A DNA stretch of 64,000 nucleotides from an uncultured virus (IMG/VR IMGVR_UViG_3300009703_000012) (IMGVR_UViG_3300009703_000012:1-64000), one strand, 5' to 3'. Positions 9,086 to 19,699 are shown, counted from the first letter of the stretch. Notes: generated by a model not told the origin, from the sequence alone. Numbers and translations: made by a program.

Positions 9086-9924
9086 ACAAAAAATTCCTCT
9101 ATATTTGTAGTTGTAGTTTTCCAATCTCTGACTAAATCCATTATTCTGCTTCTATTATAGATATTAATTTCCTTATTGTCAAGCAATTTCTCAAAATAAT
9201 TTGGTATTCCTGCGGCTAACTGTAAATTCAGATGATTTCTTCTCTTTATTTCAAGCAATTCGGGAAATGCATCAAATAGCGGAGCTTTCTGATATGGTTT
9301 ATTGAAAAAATCCCAATCATACTGTATCATCCAGTCCCAGACCGTCTTATCAATGTATGGAGCAACTAAAATAGAATCTATTGATTCTGCCAACAACATT
9401 TGTTGTTTCACTCCTACAGGATTTCCTGGAATAAATTTTTGTGTAGTCTCATCTAATTTACCAAAGTAATCCCGTCTGAATTCATCCATCAATTCTTTGG
9501 TGTGTTTGAAATGTATATTTGCTTTTTTGCTCACCCCATAATAACCATCAGCGGCCCAACCAGTTAAGATATATTTCTCTTTTATATGAGGATAAACATA
9601 TAAAAAAGGAAATGTACATTCTACATGAGTTTTCTTTTTACATTCATATGTTTTAATCAAAGTAAAAAAATCATTTTCAATATTGTCAACTGGAACATCT
9701 ATAAGTTTAAAATTCCAACCAAAATGCTTACATGCTTTTTCTGCATATATGCTATCATCAGAATCTTTTCCATCAACTCTAAATGTATAGCAATTTAATT
9801 TTTTATTCAATCTATGAGCGGCCGCGGCAACTGTTAGACTATCTGTTCCTCCAGACATCAATACTGCAACTGTTTGATCAGGTGCTTCTTGATCAATAAT
9901 ATTCGTGATAATTTTATCAATCAC
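9082..9924 (-). CDS. Asparagine-synthetase-like PP-loop ATP pyrophosphatase, lacking a glutaminase domain
   Basis: LMSGGTDS PP-loop, LTGWAADGYYG, APY motifs. Confidence 0.75.
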   Translation of the reverse strand: MIDKIITNIIDQEAPDQTVAVLMSGGTDSLTVAAAAHRLNKKLNCYTFRVDGKDSDDSIYAEKACKHFGWNFKLIDVPVDNIENDFFTLIKTYECKKKTHVECTFPFLYVYPHIKEKYILTGWAADGYYGVSKKANIHFKHTKELMDEFRRDYFGKLDETTQKFIPGNPVGVKQQMLLAESIDSILVAPYIDKTVWDWMIQYDWDFFNKPYQKAPLFDAFPELLEIKRRNHLNLQLAAGIPNYFEKLLDNKEINIYNRSRIMDLVRDWKTTTTNIEEFFV

Positions 9925-10045
9925 GAAAACCTTCGCCCTTTAAAAAATGTCCAAATCTGTGCTTAATAACAAGATAGAATAATTTTAACAAATTATCTTC
10001 AGAATAATCTCCAACATCTTCAACTAATAATTTATATTTTGCCAT
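9917..10045 (-). CDS. 42 aa hypothetical protein (below ORF-track cutoff)
   Basis: MAKYKLLVEDVGDYSEDNLLKLFYLVIKHRFGHFLKGEGFRD; fills the gap between neighbours, with AAGGTG upstream of the ATG. Confidence 0.7.
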   Translation of the reverse strand: MAKYKLLVEDVGDYSEDNLLKLFYLVIKHRFGHFLKGEGFRD

Positions 10046-10580
10046 TTTTCACCTTCCTTAAAAATAGTTTTCTTTTCTTTCTTGCTTGTTGCATATGATA
10101 TGTACTTGTTCTATCAAAAAAAGTATAGCCATTCAAATGATCATATTCATGCAAAATAATTCTTGCAGAAAGACCAATAAAATTTCCATTATAATCTTCA
10201 CCATCTCTATCTTTCCAATTAATAGAAACACCACTAGGTCTTTTTACATTAGGAAATAAACCAAACCATGTAAGACATCCTTCTTTCATCAAAACTTCTT
10301 CTTCTGTTGCTTGTATAACTTTAGGATTAATCATAATCAAAGGCTCGCCTTCATGTAACATTGCAAATGCTCTGCAATTAATCCCTATTTGATTAGAAGA
10401 AATACCCAATCCTTCATGATGAACCATGTTTTCTAGAAGTATTTGTTCTAATTCGTGAGCATTCAATGTATGTAATACTTTTTCATCATCAAAATATGTT
10501 GTTTTATTAGAATCGAAATCAAATTCGTCTAATTTAGTTTCTATTAAAGGATGTACTCCATCTACGAGGTCTAAAATCAT
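10032..10580 (-). CDS. def: Peptide deformylase
   Basis: GLGISSNQIG, EGCL and HEYDHL motifs. Confidence 0.93.
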   Translation of the reverse strand: MILDLVDGVHPLIETKLDEFDFDSNKTTYFDDEKVLHTLNAHELEQILLENMVHHEGLGISSNQIGINCRAFAMLHEGEPLIMINPKVIQATEEEVLMKEGCLTWFGLFPNVKRPSGVSINWKDRDGEDYNGNFIGLSARIILHEYDHLNGYTFFDRTSTYHMQQARKKRKLFLRKVKNGKI

Positions 10581-12292
10581 TACACTATCCTACTAAAATT
10601 TTTAATTTTCTCAAATTTAATCATGTGTTTGAATTTATCATAAAGTATTTCTCCCTTATGACTTATCACAAACACATTTGATGCACTACCAAGAGAATGT
10701 ATTATTTTAAGAAAATCACTTGTTCCATCTTCATCAAGCGAACTGTCAAATACTTCGTCTAGTATAAGTAAATTAGTACTCATACTATTTTTCAACTTAG
10801 CAATTGCTCTCCACGTAAAAAGCAAAGCTAAATCAATACGCATCTTTTCTCCTTCACTAAAAGAAGCATAAGTAAATTCATCACGAAATCTAGATTTAAT
10901 TGTCTCATTAAAATTTTCATCAAGATTAAATGAAACATAAAAGTCCATATTTGCCAAATACTTATTAATCAATTTATTCATAATTGGAAGATATTTTTTG
11001 ACAATCAAAGTTTTAATGCCCCCATCTTTCAATAAAACACTTGCAGTATCATATATAGATTGTGTATTACTATGCTGTTCTTTTAATGTTAAAAAATCTT
11101 TTTGTTCTGATTTTATTTTTTTTAATTTTGCAGAAGCATCTGAAACATCTACATCATTTTCATTTAATTGATTTACTTCCTCATTTATTTTTTCAATATA
11201 TTGATTAATTGCAGATATCGAAACATTATGTTTTGTTACAGTACTTTGAATTTCAGTAATATTTTCTTGGGTTGTTTGCATTTCAGAAATAACGAAAAGT
11301 GATTCTTTAATATCACTCCCTATTTTACTAATTGCTTCACTTAATTCTACTTTTTTCTCTTCTTTTGAATGAATTTCGCAATTTCTATGTTCATCATCAA
11401 TTGTTTGTTTACATGTTGGACAATCTGTATTTTCATTGTAAAATTCAATTTCTTTTTCAAGTTTCTTTACATTTTTTTCAATTTCATTCTGATATAGTTC
11501 TAATTTTTGATGTTTCTTTTGTTCTTTATCAAAATCATTAACAAGTTTCTGAAGAGTTGCTATTTCTTTATCACAAGTTGCAACAAGAGAATTATATTTT
11601 TCTATTTGTTTATGAGAATCTTTAATTTTTTTTTGATTACTAGCAATTAATTGTTTATTGCTTTTTTTCATTTTCGAAATAAAATCTTCTTGTAATTCTA
11701 AAGCAGTTTCAGCTTTTGATAAATTTAATTCATTTTGATATTGTTCTTCTTTTAAATTAGAAACTTTGCTTTTCAATATAAAATTCATTGTAGAAAATAT
11801 TTGAATATCGAGCAAATCTTCAATAATAATTCTACGATCATTTGATTTGAGTTGCATAAAAGGAACAAAAGACGAACTACCAAGAACAACAATTTGAGTA
11901 AAAGATTTATAATTTAATTTAAGAATATTTTTTTCAAGATGTTCTTGATAATCTCTTACTTTTGCATCTTGATTTATTAATGCTCCATCAACTTCAATTT
12001 CAAATAGATTTGGTTTTATTCCTCTACGTACAAGATAGTGTCTATTACCAATTGAAAATTCTGTTTCAATAAGACAATTTCTATCATTAATTGAATTGAT
12101 AATTTGAGATTTATTAATATTACGAAATGCTTTTCCGAATAGACTAAAGGTAAGAGCATCTAATATTGTAGATTTACCAGACCCATTTTCTCCAACAATC
12201 AAAGTTGTTGGATTTTTGTCTAAATCAATTTCAATAAAATTTTGACCAGTGGAAAGAACGTTTTTCCATCTGATCTTATGAAAATTTATCAT
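10580..12292 (-). CDS. gp46: Recombination ATPase subunit (gp46, Rad50/SbcC-like)
   Basis: GENGSGKS, CPTC zinc hook, FSEGEK signature, LILDEVFD. Confidence 0.96.
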   Translation of the reverse strand: MINFHKIRWKNVLSTGQNFIEIDLDKNPTTLIVGENGSGKSTILDALTFSLFGKAFRNINKSQIINSINDRNCLIETEFSIGNRHYLVRRGIKPNLFEIEVDGALINQDAKVRDYQEHLEKNILKLNYKSFTQIVVLGSSSFVPFMQLKSNDRRIIIEDLLDIQIFSTMNFILKSKVSNLKEEQYQNELNLSKAETALELQEDFISKMKKSNKQLIASNQKKIKDSHKQIEKYNSLVATCDKEIATLQKLVNDFDKEQKKHQKLELYQNEIEKNVKKLEKEIEFYNENTDCPTCKQTIDDEHRNCEIHSKEEKKVELSEAISKIGSDIKESLFVISEMQTTQENITEIQSTVTKHNVSISAINQYIEKINEEVNQLNENDVDVSDASAKLKKIKSEQKDFLTLKEQHSNTQSIYDTASVLLKDGGIKTLIVKKYLPIMNKLINKYLANMDFYVSFNLDENFNETIKSRFRDEFTYASFSEGEKMRIDLALLFTWRAIAKLKNSMSTNLLILDEVFDSSLDEDGTSDFLKIIHSLGSASNVFVISHKGEILYDKFKHMIKFEKIKNFSRIV

Positions 12293-12461
12293 AATTTGAT
12301 TTCAATATTTCTATTATTTCTTTTTGGCAAGCCAGAATCCTAGCGTATGCTATGTCTCTGTTGTTTTGATATTTGTGTCTATATGTTTTAATATATTCTT
12401 CTTCTAAGACAGACAATTCATCAAGTTTAATTTTCAGTAAGTAATTGAGGTGATCCATCAA
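12276..12461 (-). CDS. Small hypothetical protein
   Basis: 61 aa ORF filling the gp47-gp46 gap. Confidence 0.5.
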   Translation of the reverse strand: MMDHLNYLLKIKLDELSVLEEEYIKTYRHKYQNNRDIAYARILACQKEIIEILKSNYDKFS

Positions 12462-12618
12462 ATGCGTTATTTTTTGTTTCTTTTTTCAAAATATCAATAA
12501 TGTGAGAATTTAAAGATACATCTCTTTTATGTGCATCTAATGCTAATTTTACTATTATTTCATCTGGTAAATTTAATTCAAGTTCTCTAAGCTGAGATTT
12601 GATAGTCGATTGCTTCAT
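12427..12618 (-). CDS. Small protein, possibly ribbon-helix-helix DNA-binding
   Basis: LELNLPDEIIVKLALDAHKRDVSLNSHI resembles the RHH pattern. Confidence 0.55.
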   Translation of the reverse strand: MKQSTIKSQLRELELNLPDEIIVKLALDAHKRDVSLNSHIIDILKKETKNNAFDGSPQLLTEN

Positions 12619-13663
12619 TGTATAATGTCCTTATTAAAGTGTCAAGTTCTTTTTTATCTTTTTGTATATTTAATGTATCTATATAATTACTCAAAATTGT
12701 AAGGGTGTCTTCAGCTTCATCCACAACTGTATCATCATCTTCAAATTCAAGATCAATATTTTCTATAACTGATATATCCACTATATCAACTTTATATAAT
12801 TCATCCAACATTGTGTCAAACCAATATGGATTTTGTTTTTGTACAACTATAATTTTAACAATAGATCCTGCATATTGTTCATAATCTTTTTCTTTAATTG
12901 TTTCGAATGTTTCTTTGGTATCATCATAATAAATTTTATGAAACATATTATACGGATTTTGAATAAACTGTAATTCTCTTGTTTTAGTATCAAATATATG
13001 AAAACCTCTTGCATCTTGATAATCAGACCAAGTTATTTCATAAGGATTACCAAGATATGTAATACTTCCTTGTGTAGACTTATGATGAAAATGTCCACTA
13101 TAAACTAGATCAAATTTAGAAAACATTTCTGCAGTAAAGCCTGTATCACATATTTGTCCACGATGCATTTCAAATCCACTAATTTCAAGATGTCCCATCA
13201 TAATTTGTGCTTTAGTTTTTTTAATAGCACTTACACAGTCTGAATAATTATCAGAAGTAATCCAAGGCATCATCATTATTTTAGTACCATCAAATTCAAC
13301 TTCTCTTGGACTCGCATAAATCCAAGGTTCATATTTACCATCTGATGAAGAAAACAATTCTTCCATAGAATTTATATCATTGGTGTTTTTATAAAAAATA
13401 TCATGATTTCCGATTATAACATGAGTATCAACACCCATTTTCCATAATCGTTCTACAAAATTTTCTCTTAAATCATTAGCAGTTTTAAAATTAATATATT
13501 TTCTTCTATCAACAACATCTCCTAAATGAATACATGTCTTAATATCATGCTTTTCTAGATAGGGAAAAAAGATATTATTGTAAAATTTACTAAAATAATC
13601 GGAGAATGCAATATTATCATTTCTTGCTCCCCAATGCGTATCTGTGATTAATGCTATTTTCAT
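12587..13663 (-). CDS. gp47: Recombination nuclease subunit (gp47, Mre11/SbcD-like)
   Basis: DTHWG, GDVVD, GNHD, SGHFH metallophosphoesterase motifs. Confidence 0.96.
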   Translation of the reverse strand: MKIALITDTHWGARNDNIAFSDYFSKFYNNIFFPYLEKHDIKTCIHLGDVVDRRKYINFKTANDLRENFVERLWKMGVDTHVIIGNHDIFYKNTNDINSMEELFSSSDGKYEPWIYASPREVEFDGTKIMMMPWITSDNYSDCVSAIKKTKAQIMMGHLEISGFEMHRGQICDTGFTAEMFSKFDLVYSGHFHHKSTQGSITYLGNPYEITWSDYQDARGFHIFDTKTRELQFIQNPYNMFHKIYYDDTKETFETIKEKDYEQYAGSIVKIIVVQKQNPYWFDTMLDELYKVDIVDISVIENIDLEFEDDDTVVDEAEDTLTILSNYIDTLNIQKDKKELDTLIRTLYNEAIDYQISA

Positions 13664-14208
13664 ATACTAACTGATCCAATATTAGAAACAACGGTATCGT
13701 CTTCTTTTTTCTTTCTTTTCTTAAATCTTTTTTCTTCAAAATCTTCTATAAATTGAGATATCATATTTCTAGAATCAGCAGATCCTATTAAACTCAAATA
13801 TTCCTTATTATCATCCGAACTCGTTTCTATATGATCTTCAAGATAGGACATTCTTTCCATTTCTTTATATTTGATATATAAATTCTTCTTTTCTTTTTGT
13901 ATTCTTCTAACAAATGCCCAATAAATTATTTGAGTAAAATATGCAAAGGGATTTTTTGATTTTTCTGGATTAAAATTATTAACATATTGAAGACAATTTT
14001 CTATACCATCAGAAATCATATCATCTTTAAATGCATAATTTATAAAATTAGGTCTAAAAGAAAGTCTTTCCGCTATAAGTAAAAAACATTCTCCTATATA
14101 ATCTGGAACAGGTGGAATTTCTATATTTTTTTCCTCTGCTTTCTTAATATCTTCTTTATACACAATCATTGCATTAAGAAAATCTTCATTGTTTATATAA
14201 TTGGCCAT
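13660..14208 (-). CDS. gp55: Late-transcription sigma factor
   Basis: YIGECFLLIAERLS..PNF.NY, MISDGIENC, NPFAYFTQI motifs; synteny with gp47. Confidence 0.95.
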   Translation of the reverse strand: MANYINNEDFLNAMIVYKEDIKKAEEKNIEIPPVPDYIGECFLLIAERLSFRPNFINYAFKDDMISDGIENCLQYVNNFNPEKSKNPFAYFTQIIYWAFVRRIQKEKKNLYIKYKEMERMSYLEDHIETSSDDNKEYLSLIGSADSRNMISQFIEDFEEKRFKKRKKKEDDTVVSNIGSVSI

Positions 14209-14242
14209 AATGGCTCTCCATTAAGTTATTAATTGAACTACT

Positions 14243-14272
14243 ATGATAACATAAACATTTACTATTTGTCAA
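14243..14272 (-). promoter_or_regulatory. Sigma70-type promoter for gp55-47-46
   Basis: TTGACA-N18-TATCAT with extended -10 TG. Confidence 0.65.
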
Positions 14273-14314
14273 GTATAATTGATTTTATATATATTTAATC
14301 GTACGGTAAAAATG

Positions 14315-15811
14315 CTAAAATTTCTGCGGAGCGCCAATTGGTACAATTATTATTTTATATTCAAACTGCTCTTCATTATAAATCTTTATTCTTTCAACAA
14401 AATGTTTTAAAGTATAGTTCTTATAGCTTTTATAGGTAAAATCATCAGATATATCATATAATGTAGCTATTTCTTTTGATGCATTTTTTCTAAGACCTCT
14501 TCCTATACTCTGTAAATTTCTTACCCTTGACTTAGAAGGAGAAGCAAAAATAACATTATGTAAATTAGTAATATTGATACCAGTAGAAAAGGTACCGTAA
14601 CTCGCAACAATGATGGCATCTGATTCAGATTCAACGATTTTTCGAATATCTTCTCTATCGGAGGTTTCCGTCCCCCCGTATACGAAAAAGATTTTTCTTT
14701 CTTTTTTTGTCTTTTCTTTGATGAGGTCATAAATTATTCTTCCATGTTTTTCTACCATTTGAAATAATACTAAAGTATTATTGCTTAAACTTATTGCAAG
14801 ATTTCTAATGAATCTATTTCTTGCTTCATTTGAAACAATACAATTAAGTTCTTCTTTATAATTATATGATTTAACTAATTCACATAATTTTTCAGGATAT
14901 TGTAAAACTAAACACTTAATCTGAAATGGAGATAATGTTTTTTTATCTATTAAATCTTTTGTAGTTGTTACTGTATAAGTCTTTCCAAATAATCCTTCTA
15001 ATACCAATTTATGTGTTAACGTACCATCTAAAGTTCCAGTTGTTCCAAATTTATATTTCGTTTTGGTTGTCTTTTCCATTATTGATGTAAGTGATTTTGC
15101 TTTAAAAAGATGGGCCTCATCACCTAAAATAAAATCAAATTCAGCATAATAATTAATAGTCATTTTATATAAAGATTGCCAAGTAGAAATATAAATGGGT
15201 TTAGGTGATACTCGATCTTTACCTGCATAAATTTGATGAATATTTTCCGAAGCATCCCAATTATCTGTTTTAGAATAATCAGCAAAATCACTTTTCATTT
15301 GTGCGACTAAAGATGTTGTGGGAACTACTATTAATGCTTTAAAGGTTGGAAGTTTTTGTTGATAATATCTTAAAAGAAGATAAATTATGAAAGATTTGCC
15401 AGATGCTGTGGGAGAGAGAAGTAAGCACCTTTCATGATTTATAGCGTATAAAAACGTATCAATCTGATAATCTCTAGCATTAATTGTTAATGCAAGACTT
15501 TTGGCAAATCTTTCATAGTCCTCTTTATCATATTTATTTAAACTTTTAGGAAAACTTTTATACTCTATTTCATATTGTCTTTCTTTTGAAAATTTAAGTA
15601 AATGATCTAATAATCCAATATATAATTCTTTTGATCTTAAATTAAAAAGTCTAATTTTACCATCCCACATTTTATTTCTGTAAGACGGCATAAATCTATA
15701 ACCAGGAATAAAAAAAGTAAAATATTCACTTATTTCCTGTTCAATACCTGGTTCTGCTTGAACCAACATGTAGACTTCATTTTTCTTATCTATTGAAATT
15801 TTTTCTAACAT
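14315..15811 (-). CDS. uvsW: UvsW SF2 helicase
   Basis: WDGKIRLF, SPTASGKS, DEAH, QSIGRGLR motifs. Confidence 0.95.
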   Translation of the reverse strand: MLEKISIDKKNEVYMLVQAEPGIEQEISEYFTFFIPGYRFMPSYRNKMWDGKIRLFNLRSKELYIGLLDHLLKFSKERQYEIEYKSFPKSLNKYDKEDYERFAKSLALTINARDYQIDTFLYAINHERCLLLSPTASGKSFIIYLLLRYYQQKLPTFKALIVVPTTSLVAQMKSDFADYSKTDNWDASENIHQIYAGKDRVSPKPIYISTWQSLYKMTINYYAEFDFILGDEAHLFKAKSLTSIMEKTTKTKYKFGTTGTLDGTLTHKLVLEGLFGKTYTVTTTKDLIDKKTLSPFQIKCLVLQYPEKLCELVKSYNYKEELNCIVSNEARNRFIRNLAISLSNNTLVLFQMVEKHGRIIYDLIKEKTKKERKIFFVYGGTETSDREDIRKIVESESDAIIVASYGTFSTGINITNLHNVIFASPSKSRVRNLQSIGRGLRKNASKEIATLYDISDDFTYKSYKNYTLKHFVERIKIYNEEQFEYKIIIVPIGAPQKF

Positions 15812-16418
15812 TTCTTAACCAGACTTTTGAAGCTACCCAAACATTATCAGGTAATATCCAAACTTCATTAAAATTTTCTCCAACTGCTCTGGCAACATCG
15901 CCCCAATTATAATCATGACCCATAATTAAACCATTTTCTTTTACTATTGGCTCCCAATATTTTATATCACTTTTAACACTTTCATAACTATGATCTCCAT
16001 CTATAAAAACAAAATCAATTGATTCTTTATCAAATTGTTTTGAAGCATTAACAGAAGTATCTATAATTATTTTAAGATTTGAATATTTAAGAGACTCTTT
16101 TAACATTCTTCTTCTAATCATATTTAAAGAATCATTATCATATCTTTTTCTATTAAATTTTTGTACTTCACCTATCTTTTTTTCATATAAAGTATTTTCT
16201 TCTTGCACTTTGTATGGATCAACACCATAAATTTTTAATTTTTCATTATTTTTTGCTACTTCAAAAATATTTAAACCCTCATTAACACCAATTTCAACAC
16301 CTATTTTCCAATTAAATTGTGTGACAAAAACATTAATTACTTCCCATCTTCTCCACTGAACAGGATAAGCAAACTGGGCACCTGCTTTTATTAAATCTTT
16401 TGGATTTGGCGAATTCAT
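15786..16418 (-). CDS. Class I SAM-dependent methyltransferase (Methyltransf_24-like)
   Basis: VEIGVNEG, GVDPY, DFVFIDGDHSYE, GHDY motifs. Confidence 0.85.
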   Translation of the reverse strand: MNSPNPKDLIKAGAQFAYPVQWRRWEVINVFVTQFNWKIGVEIGVNEGLNIFEVAKNNEKLKIYGVDPYKVQEENTLYEKKIGEVQKFNRKRYDNDSLNMIRRRMLKESLKYSNLKIIIDTSVNASKQFDKESIDFVFIDGDHSYESVKSDIKYWEPIVKENGLIMGHDYNWGDVARAVGENFNEVWILPDNVWVASKVWLRNVRKNFNR

Positions 16419-17455
16419 TTTAATAGTTTAGTCCATTTTTTAATGATTTTATCAGGATCGAATTTTTTCATATCAACTGATGTTTTCTTTTTTTCAATAT
16501 CAATAGTCCAATTATAAACATCATCTATAGTTGTATCTTTTCTTATAAACATATTATTTTCGTCTGTTAATATTTCTTCCGCCGCATCTGACTCATACGT
16601 TATTACAGGTACTCCCAGTTTATTTGCTTCAAGATAAACAAGACCAAAAGTTTCTTGGGGCCTTCCTGTTCTAAAAAGACAAGCGGCATTTGATAAACTT
16701 TTTAAAACTCTTTCATAATTTAATTCTCCTAAAAAATGAATAGGATATCCGTTTTTATTGAGGTCTGCTATAAAATCTGTAAATATTTTAACATCTTTCT
16801 TTTGTCTTTGAGGAGGACAACAAACATAAAAAGGTCTTTTCATTCCTTTATCATAAAGAGCAACATAAATTGTTAATGCTTCTCTAAATCCTTTTCCAAA
16901 AGCACTCATCCAGAAAAGATAATTTGATCTCTTTTCTTTTGGCTTTTGTTTATCCATATCTTTTGGAACCATATAATGAATAGTTTGATCTCCCGCAACT
17001 TTTTTTCCTTTACCTTGAACATAGTTTTTAAGTGCATTAGATAAAAACAATCTAGGCACTTCTTCATGACAAGTTGTCCAATTATGCAACCAAATATAAG
17101 TATTGTTTCCACTATTAATCTCTAAAGGTGATAATACTGGAATATGGGGATTATACATATAATAATTTTTCCAACTATTTCCATTATATGCAATTTGATT
17201 ACAATGTATTCTCACTCTTGATTCAGCATAATGATGTCTAAACATATTTAAATGTTTCACATCATTTATTATACGATCAGTTCCATCTGTTTGAGAATGA
17301 ACTAATCCAACATTAAAATTTTCACTAGCAAGTTTTTCTGCAACAGTTACAATCTGTCTTTCAGTTCCACCCATTGCACCACCATCTTTTTCAAATAATT
17401 GAGGCGCAAAGATTAAATAATCATACATTATGCTCCTGAAGTAAATTTTCTCCAA
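16415..17455 (-). CDS. GT-B glycosyltransferase (GT4-like)
   Basis: GGTERQ N-terminal motif and ETFGLVYLEA...GVPVI. Confidence 0.85.
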   Translation of the reverse strand: MEKIYFRSIMYDYLIFAPQLFEKDGGAMGGTERQIVTVAEKLASENFNVGLVHSQTDGTDRIINDVKHLNMFRHHYAESRVRIHCNQIAYNGNSWKNYYMYNPHIPVLSPLEINSGNNTYIWLHNWTTCHEEVPRLFLSNALKNYVQGKGKKVAGDQTIHYMVPKDMDKQKPKEKRSNYLFWMSAFGKGFREALTIYVALYDKGMKRPFYVCCPPQRQKKDVKIFTDFIADLNKNGYPIHFLGELNYERVLKSLSNAACLFRTGRPQETFGLVYLEANKLGVPVITYESDAAEEILTDENNMFIRKDTTIDDVYNWTIDIEKKKTSVDMKKFDPDKIIKKWTKLLK

Positions 17456-17871
17456 TCAATTATACTCTTAATCAAAAAATTTCTATTGATAATCGTTTTT
17501 ATAATTGATTCTAAATAATTTATTTTTTCTTTTTGATATTCAATTTTTTCTTGCATTTCAATTATATCTTTATCTGAATTTAAAAATCTATCTATATCTA
17601 ATTTGTTTCTAGATTTAATATCTAATTCAAATGGTTCCCATCCTAATTTATCTAAACTATCTTTATCGAGTTTGCCTGTATAATAAAGCCATTTTAATTT
17701 AGACAATTCTTTCATTTTTGACTCATATTTTACAAGTCTTAATTTTTCATCTGAAAAAATTTTAAAATATTTGTTGTGAAGTTCTGGTATTCTTGTTGAT
17801 TCTACATCTAATTGTAAATCATCTAGAACACAATCACTGGTCCATAATTCTTGTATATCTTCTAATTTCAT
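17428..17871 (-). CDS. uvsY: Recombination mediator UvsY
   Basis: IPELHNKY, YYTGK, IKSIIDWRKF motifs; near uvsW. Confidence 0.9.
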   Translation of the reverse strand: MKLEDIQELWTSDCVLDDLQLDVESTRIPELHNKYFKIFSDEKLRLVKYESKMKELSKLKWLYYTGKLDKDSLDKLGWEPFELDIKSRNKLDIDRFLNSDKDIIEMQEKIEYQKEKINYLESIIKTIINRNFLIKSIIDWRKFTSGA

Positions 17872-17883
17872 TATACCTCATAA

Positions 17884-18390
17884 TTAACGTTCTCCTATAA
17901 TTCTCTCAACTTTATATGTAGTATATGCGAATGTAGCATCCGCGGCAACAACTTCTGCATCAGCAACATCCGAAGACATCTCTATATCAGTTAAATCTAC
18001 GGGAAATAAATTTGTAAATTTAGCCGCATATTGAACATTTTTGTTGCTTGTAAGGATTGTTAATAGTCCATCAGAATATACTTGCTCTGGTATGTATTGT
18101 TCTTGGGTTTCAGGAAAAGTAAGTGTTTTTATCCACTCATAAATTTCTAGCCAATTTTGTAATTCTTCATCTATTATAAATCTAACACGTAATTCATTCA
18201 TTTGAACTTTATCGCCAGCAACAGGAATATCTCTAAGGGGAGTTGTCAATAACCACTGACCCGCTGACAGTCCAGGTAAATTCGTAGATTGACAAAAAAA
18301 GTTTACATGCGGAATTTTGTCAATATTAAATTTAAAACCCGTAGGTATAAAATAATTTAAATTTTTTGGTTGTCTGCTAGATTCTGCCAT
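17884..18390 (-). CDS. gp3: Tail completion / sheath stabiliser (gp3-like)
   Basis: FFCQSTNLPG, FIIDEELQNWLEIYEW, FPVDL motifs; usual position beside uvsY. Confidence 0.85.
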   Translation of the reverse strand: MAESSRQPKNLNYFIPTGFKFNIDKIPHVNFFCQSTNLPGLSAGQWLLTTPLRDIPVAGDKVQMNELRVRFIIDEELQNWLEIYEWIKTLTFPETQEQYIPEQVYSDGLLTILTSNKNVQYAAKFTNLFPVDLTDIEMSSDVADAEVVAADATFAYTTYKVERIIGER

Positions 18391-19040
18391 AGTTCATCTT
18401 CCGATATATTGGGTATATTTTCTAATGATTGTTTTTGTTTGATAACTCTTTTCATTATAAGATCATCATATATATTTAGTAAGTCTTTGAATCCTTCTAT
18501 GAATTCATCTGTCATATTATTAGCCGTTCCTTCTGAAGGATATCCATTAGTACCATCATACATATTATCTCTTTCACCAAATACATCAAAACCTATTAAA
18601 TATTTTATGTCTTTGGGATAATAAGTATGTGCTACTCTTATAGTTTGTATACCAGCACTTCCTCCATATATCGGACTGGGAACATGTGATATTTGACTTT
18701 TTTCTTTTATCCAAGTTACATAATGATGTCGTCTAAATCCATTAAAAATGAATTCATAACCAGTTGGATCATTCTCATATAATATAGCATCATTAGGAAT
18801 TTCCATAGAGTCTCTAACTTCTCCTGGAAGAGGATTCATATTACTAATAAGAACTTTATTATTTAAAGAATAATCAGAATCTATTACTTCATGAGTAACA
18901 TGAGGATCAATGGTTAAAAGATAATCTGGTGCAAAATCACGATACAAAGCATTGCAACCAAATGTCCATGCTTTTTCTTTAATTTTATTTAAATCCATAT
19001 GCTGTCTGGATTTCCCATTTCCTATTATAACTACTGCCAT
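18357..19040 (-). CDS. Rossmann-type putative sugar-transferase-like protein (paralogue 1)
   Basis: IIGNGKSR, GCNALYRDF.PD.L, YLIGFD motifs. Confidence 0.55.
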   Translation of the reverse strand: MAVVIIGNGKSRQHMDLNKIKEKAWTFGCNALYRDFAPDYLLTIDPHVTHEVIDSDYSLNNKVLISNMNPLPGEVRDSMEIPNDAILYENDPTGYEFIFNGFRRHHYVTWIKEKSQISHVPSPIYGGSAGIQTIRVAHTYYPKDIKYLIGFDVFGERDNMYDGTNGYPSEGTANNMTDEFIEGFKDLLNIYDDLIMKRVIKQKQSLENIPNISEDELWQNLADNQKI

Positions 19041-19699
19041 TTTAATTCTTCAAGAAACTGTTCTGTTGTTATATTATCAATATTTTCAATTTTTGTATTA
19101 TCATCAATAACTCTTGTCAATCTTATTCCAGGACAAAATTCTTCTTTTAACAAATAAAACAATCCAACTCTTTCATCTTCACCACAACGAAATTCTTTTT
19201 CTGCTTGTAGATGCATATCAACTTTAGGATCATCTTTATATGCATTATTATCATATTTTTCTTTATATCTTCCTTTCGTCCACAAACCAGCACCTCTTGG
19301 ATAATTACGAGTACGATCATAAATGTTTTTTCTATCACCAAACATATCAAAACCTATCATATATATCTGCTCTTCTGGATAAAAATGATAAGCTAATCTA
19401 ATACTCGTCCATCCAGAATTTACTGGATATATTTTTTTAAAAGGTACTAAAGAAACTTTATGTCCTTTAGGTACTTTTTCTAATACATTACCATATCCAT
19501 ATTCAGTTGTATAAACTTTATTTTCTTTAGAATATTCAGACTCAATTATTTCTTCAAGCATTAGTGGATCACATGTAACGAGTATATCAGGCGTAAAATC
19601 CCGATATAAAGCATTACTTCCATATATTATACCCCTTTTCTTCAAAAAATGCAAGTCTATTGCTTCTCTTGATTTACCATTACCTATGCAAAAAATCAT
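19031..19699 (-). CDS. Rossmann-type putative sugar-transferase-like protein (paralogue 2)
   Basis: CIGNGKSR, GSNALYRDFTPDIL, YMIGFD; clearly paralogous to 18357..19040. Confidence 0.55.
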   Translation of the reverse strand: MIFCIGNGKSREAIDLHFLKKRGIIYGSNALYRDFTPDILVTCDPLMLEEIIESEYSKENKVYTTEYGYGNVLEKVPKGHKVSLVPFKKIYPVNSGWTSIRLAYHFYPEEQIYMIGFDMFGDRKNIYDRTRNYPRGAGLWTKGRYKEKYDNNAYKDDPKVDMHLQAEKEFRCGEDERVGLFYLLKEEFCPGIRLTRVIDDNTKIENIDNITTEQFLEELKWQ

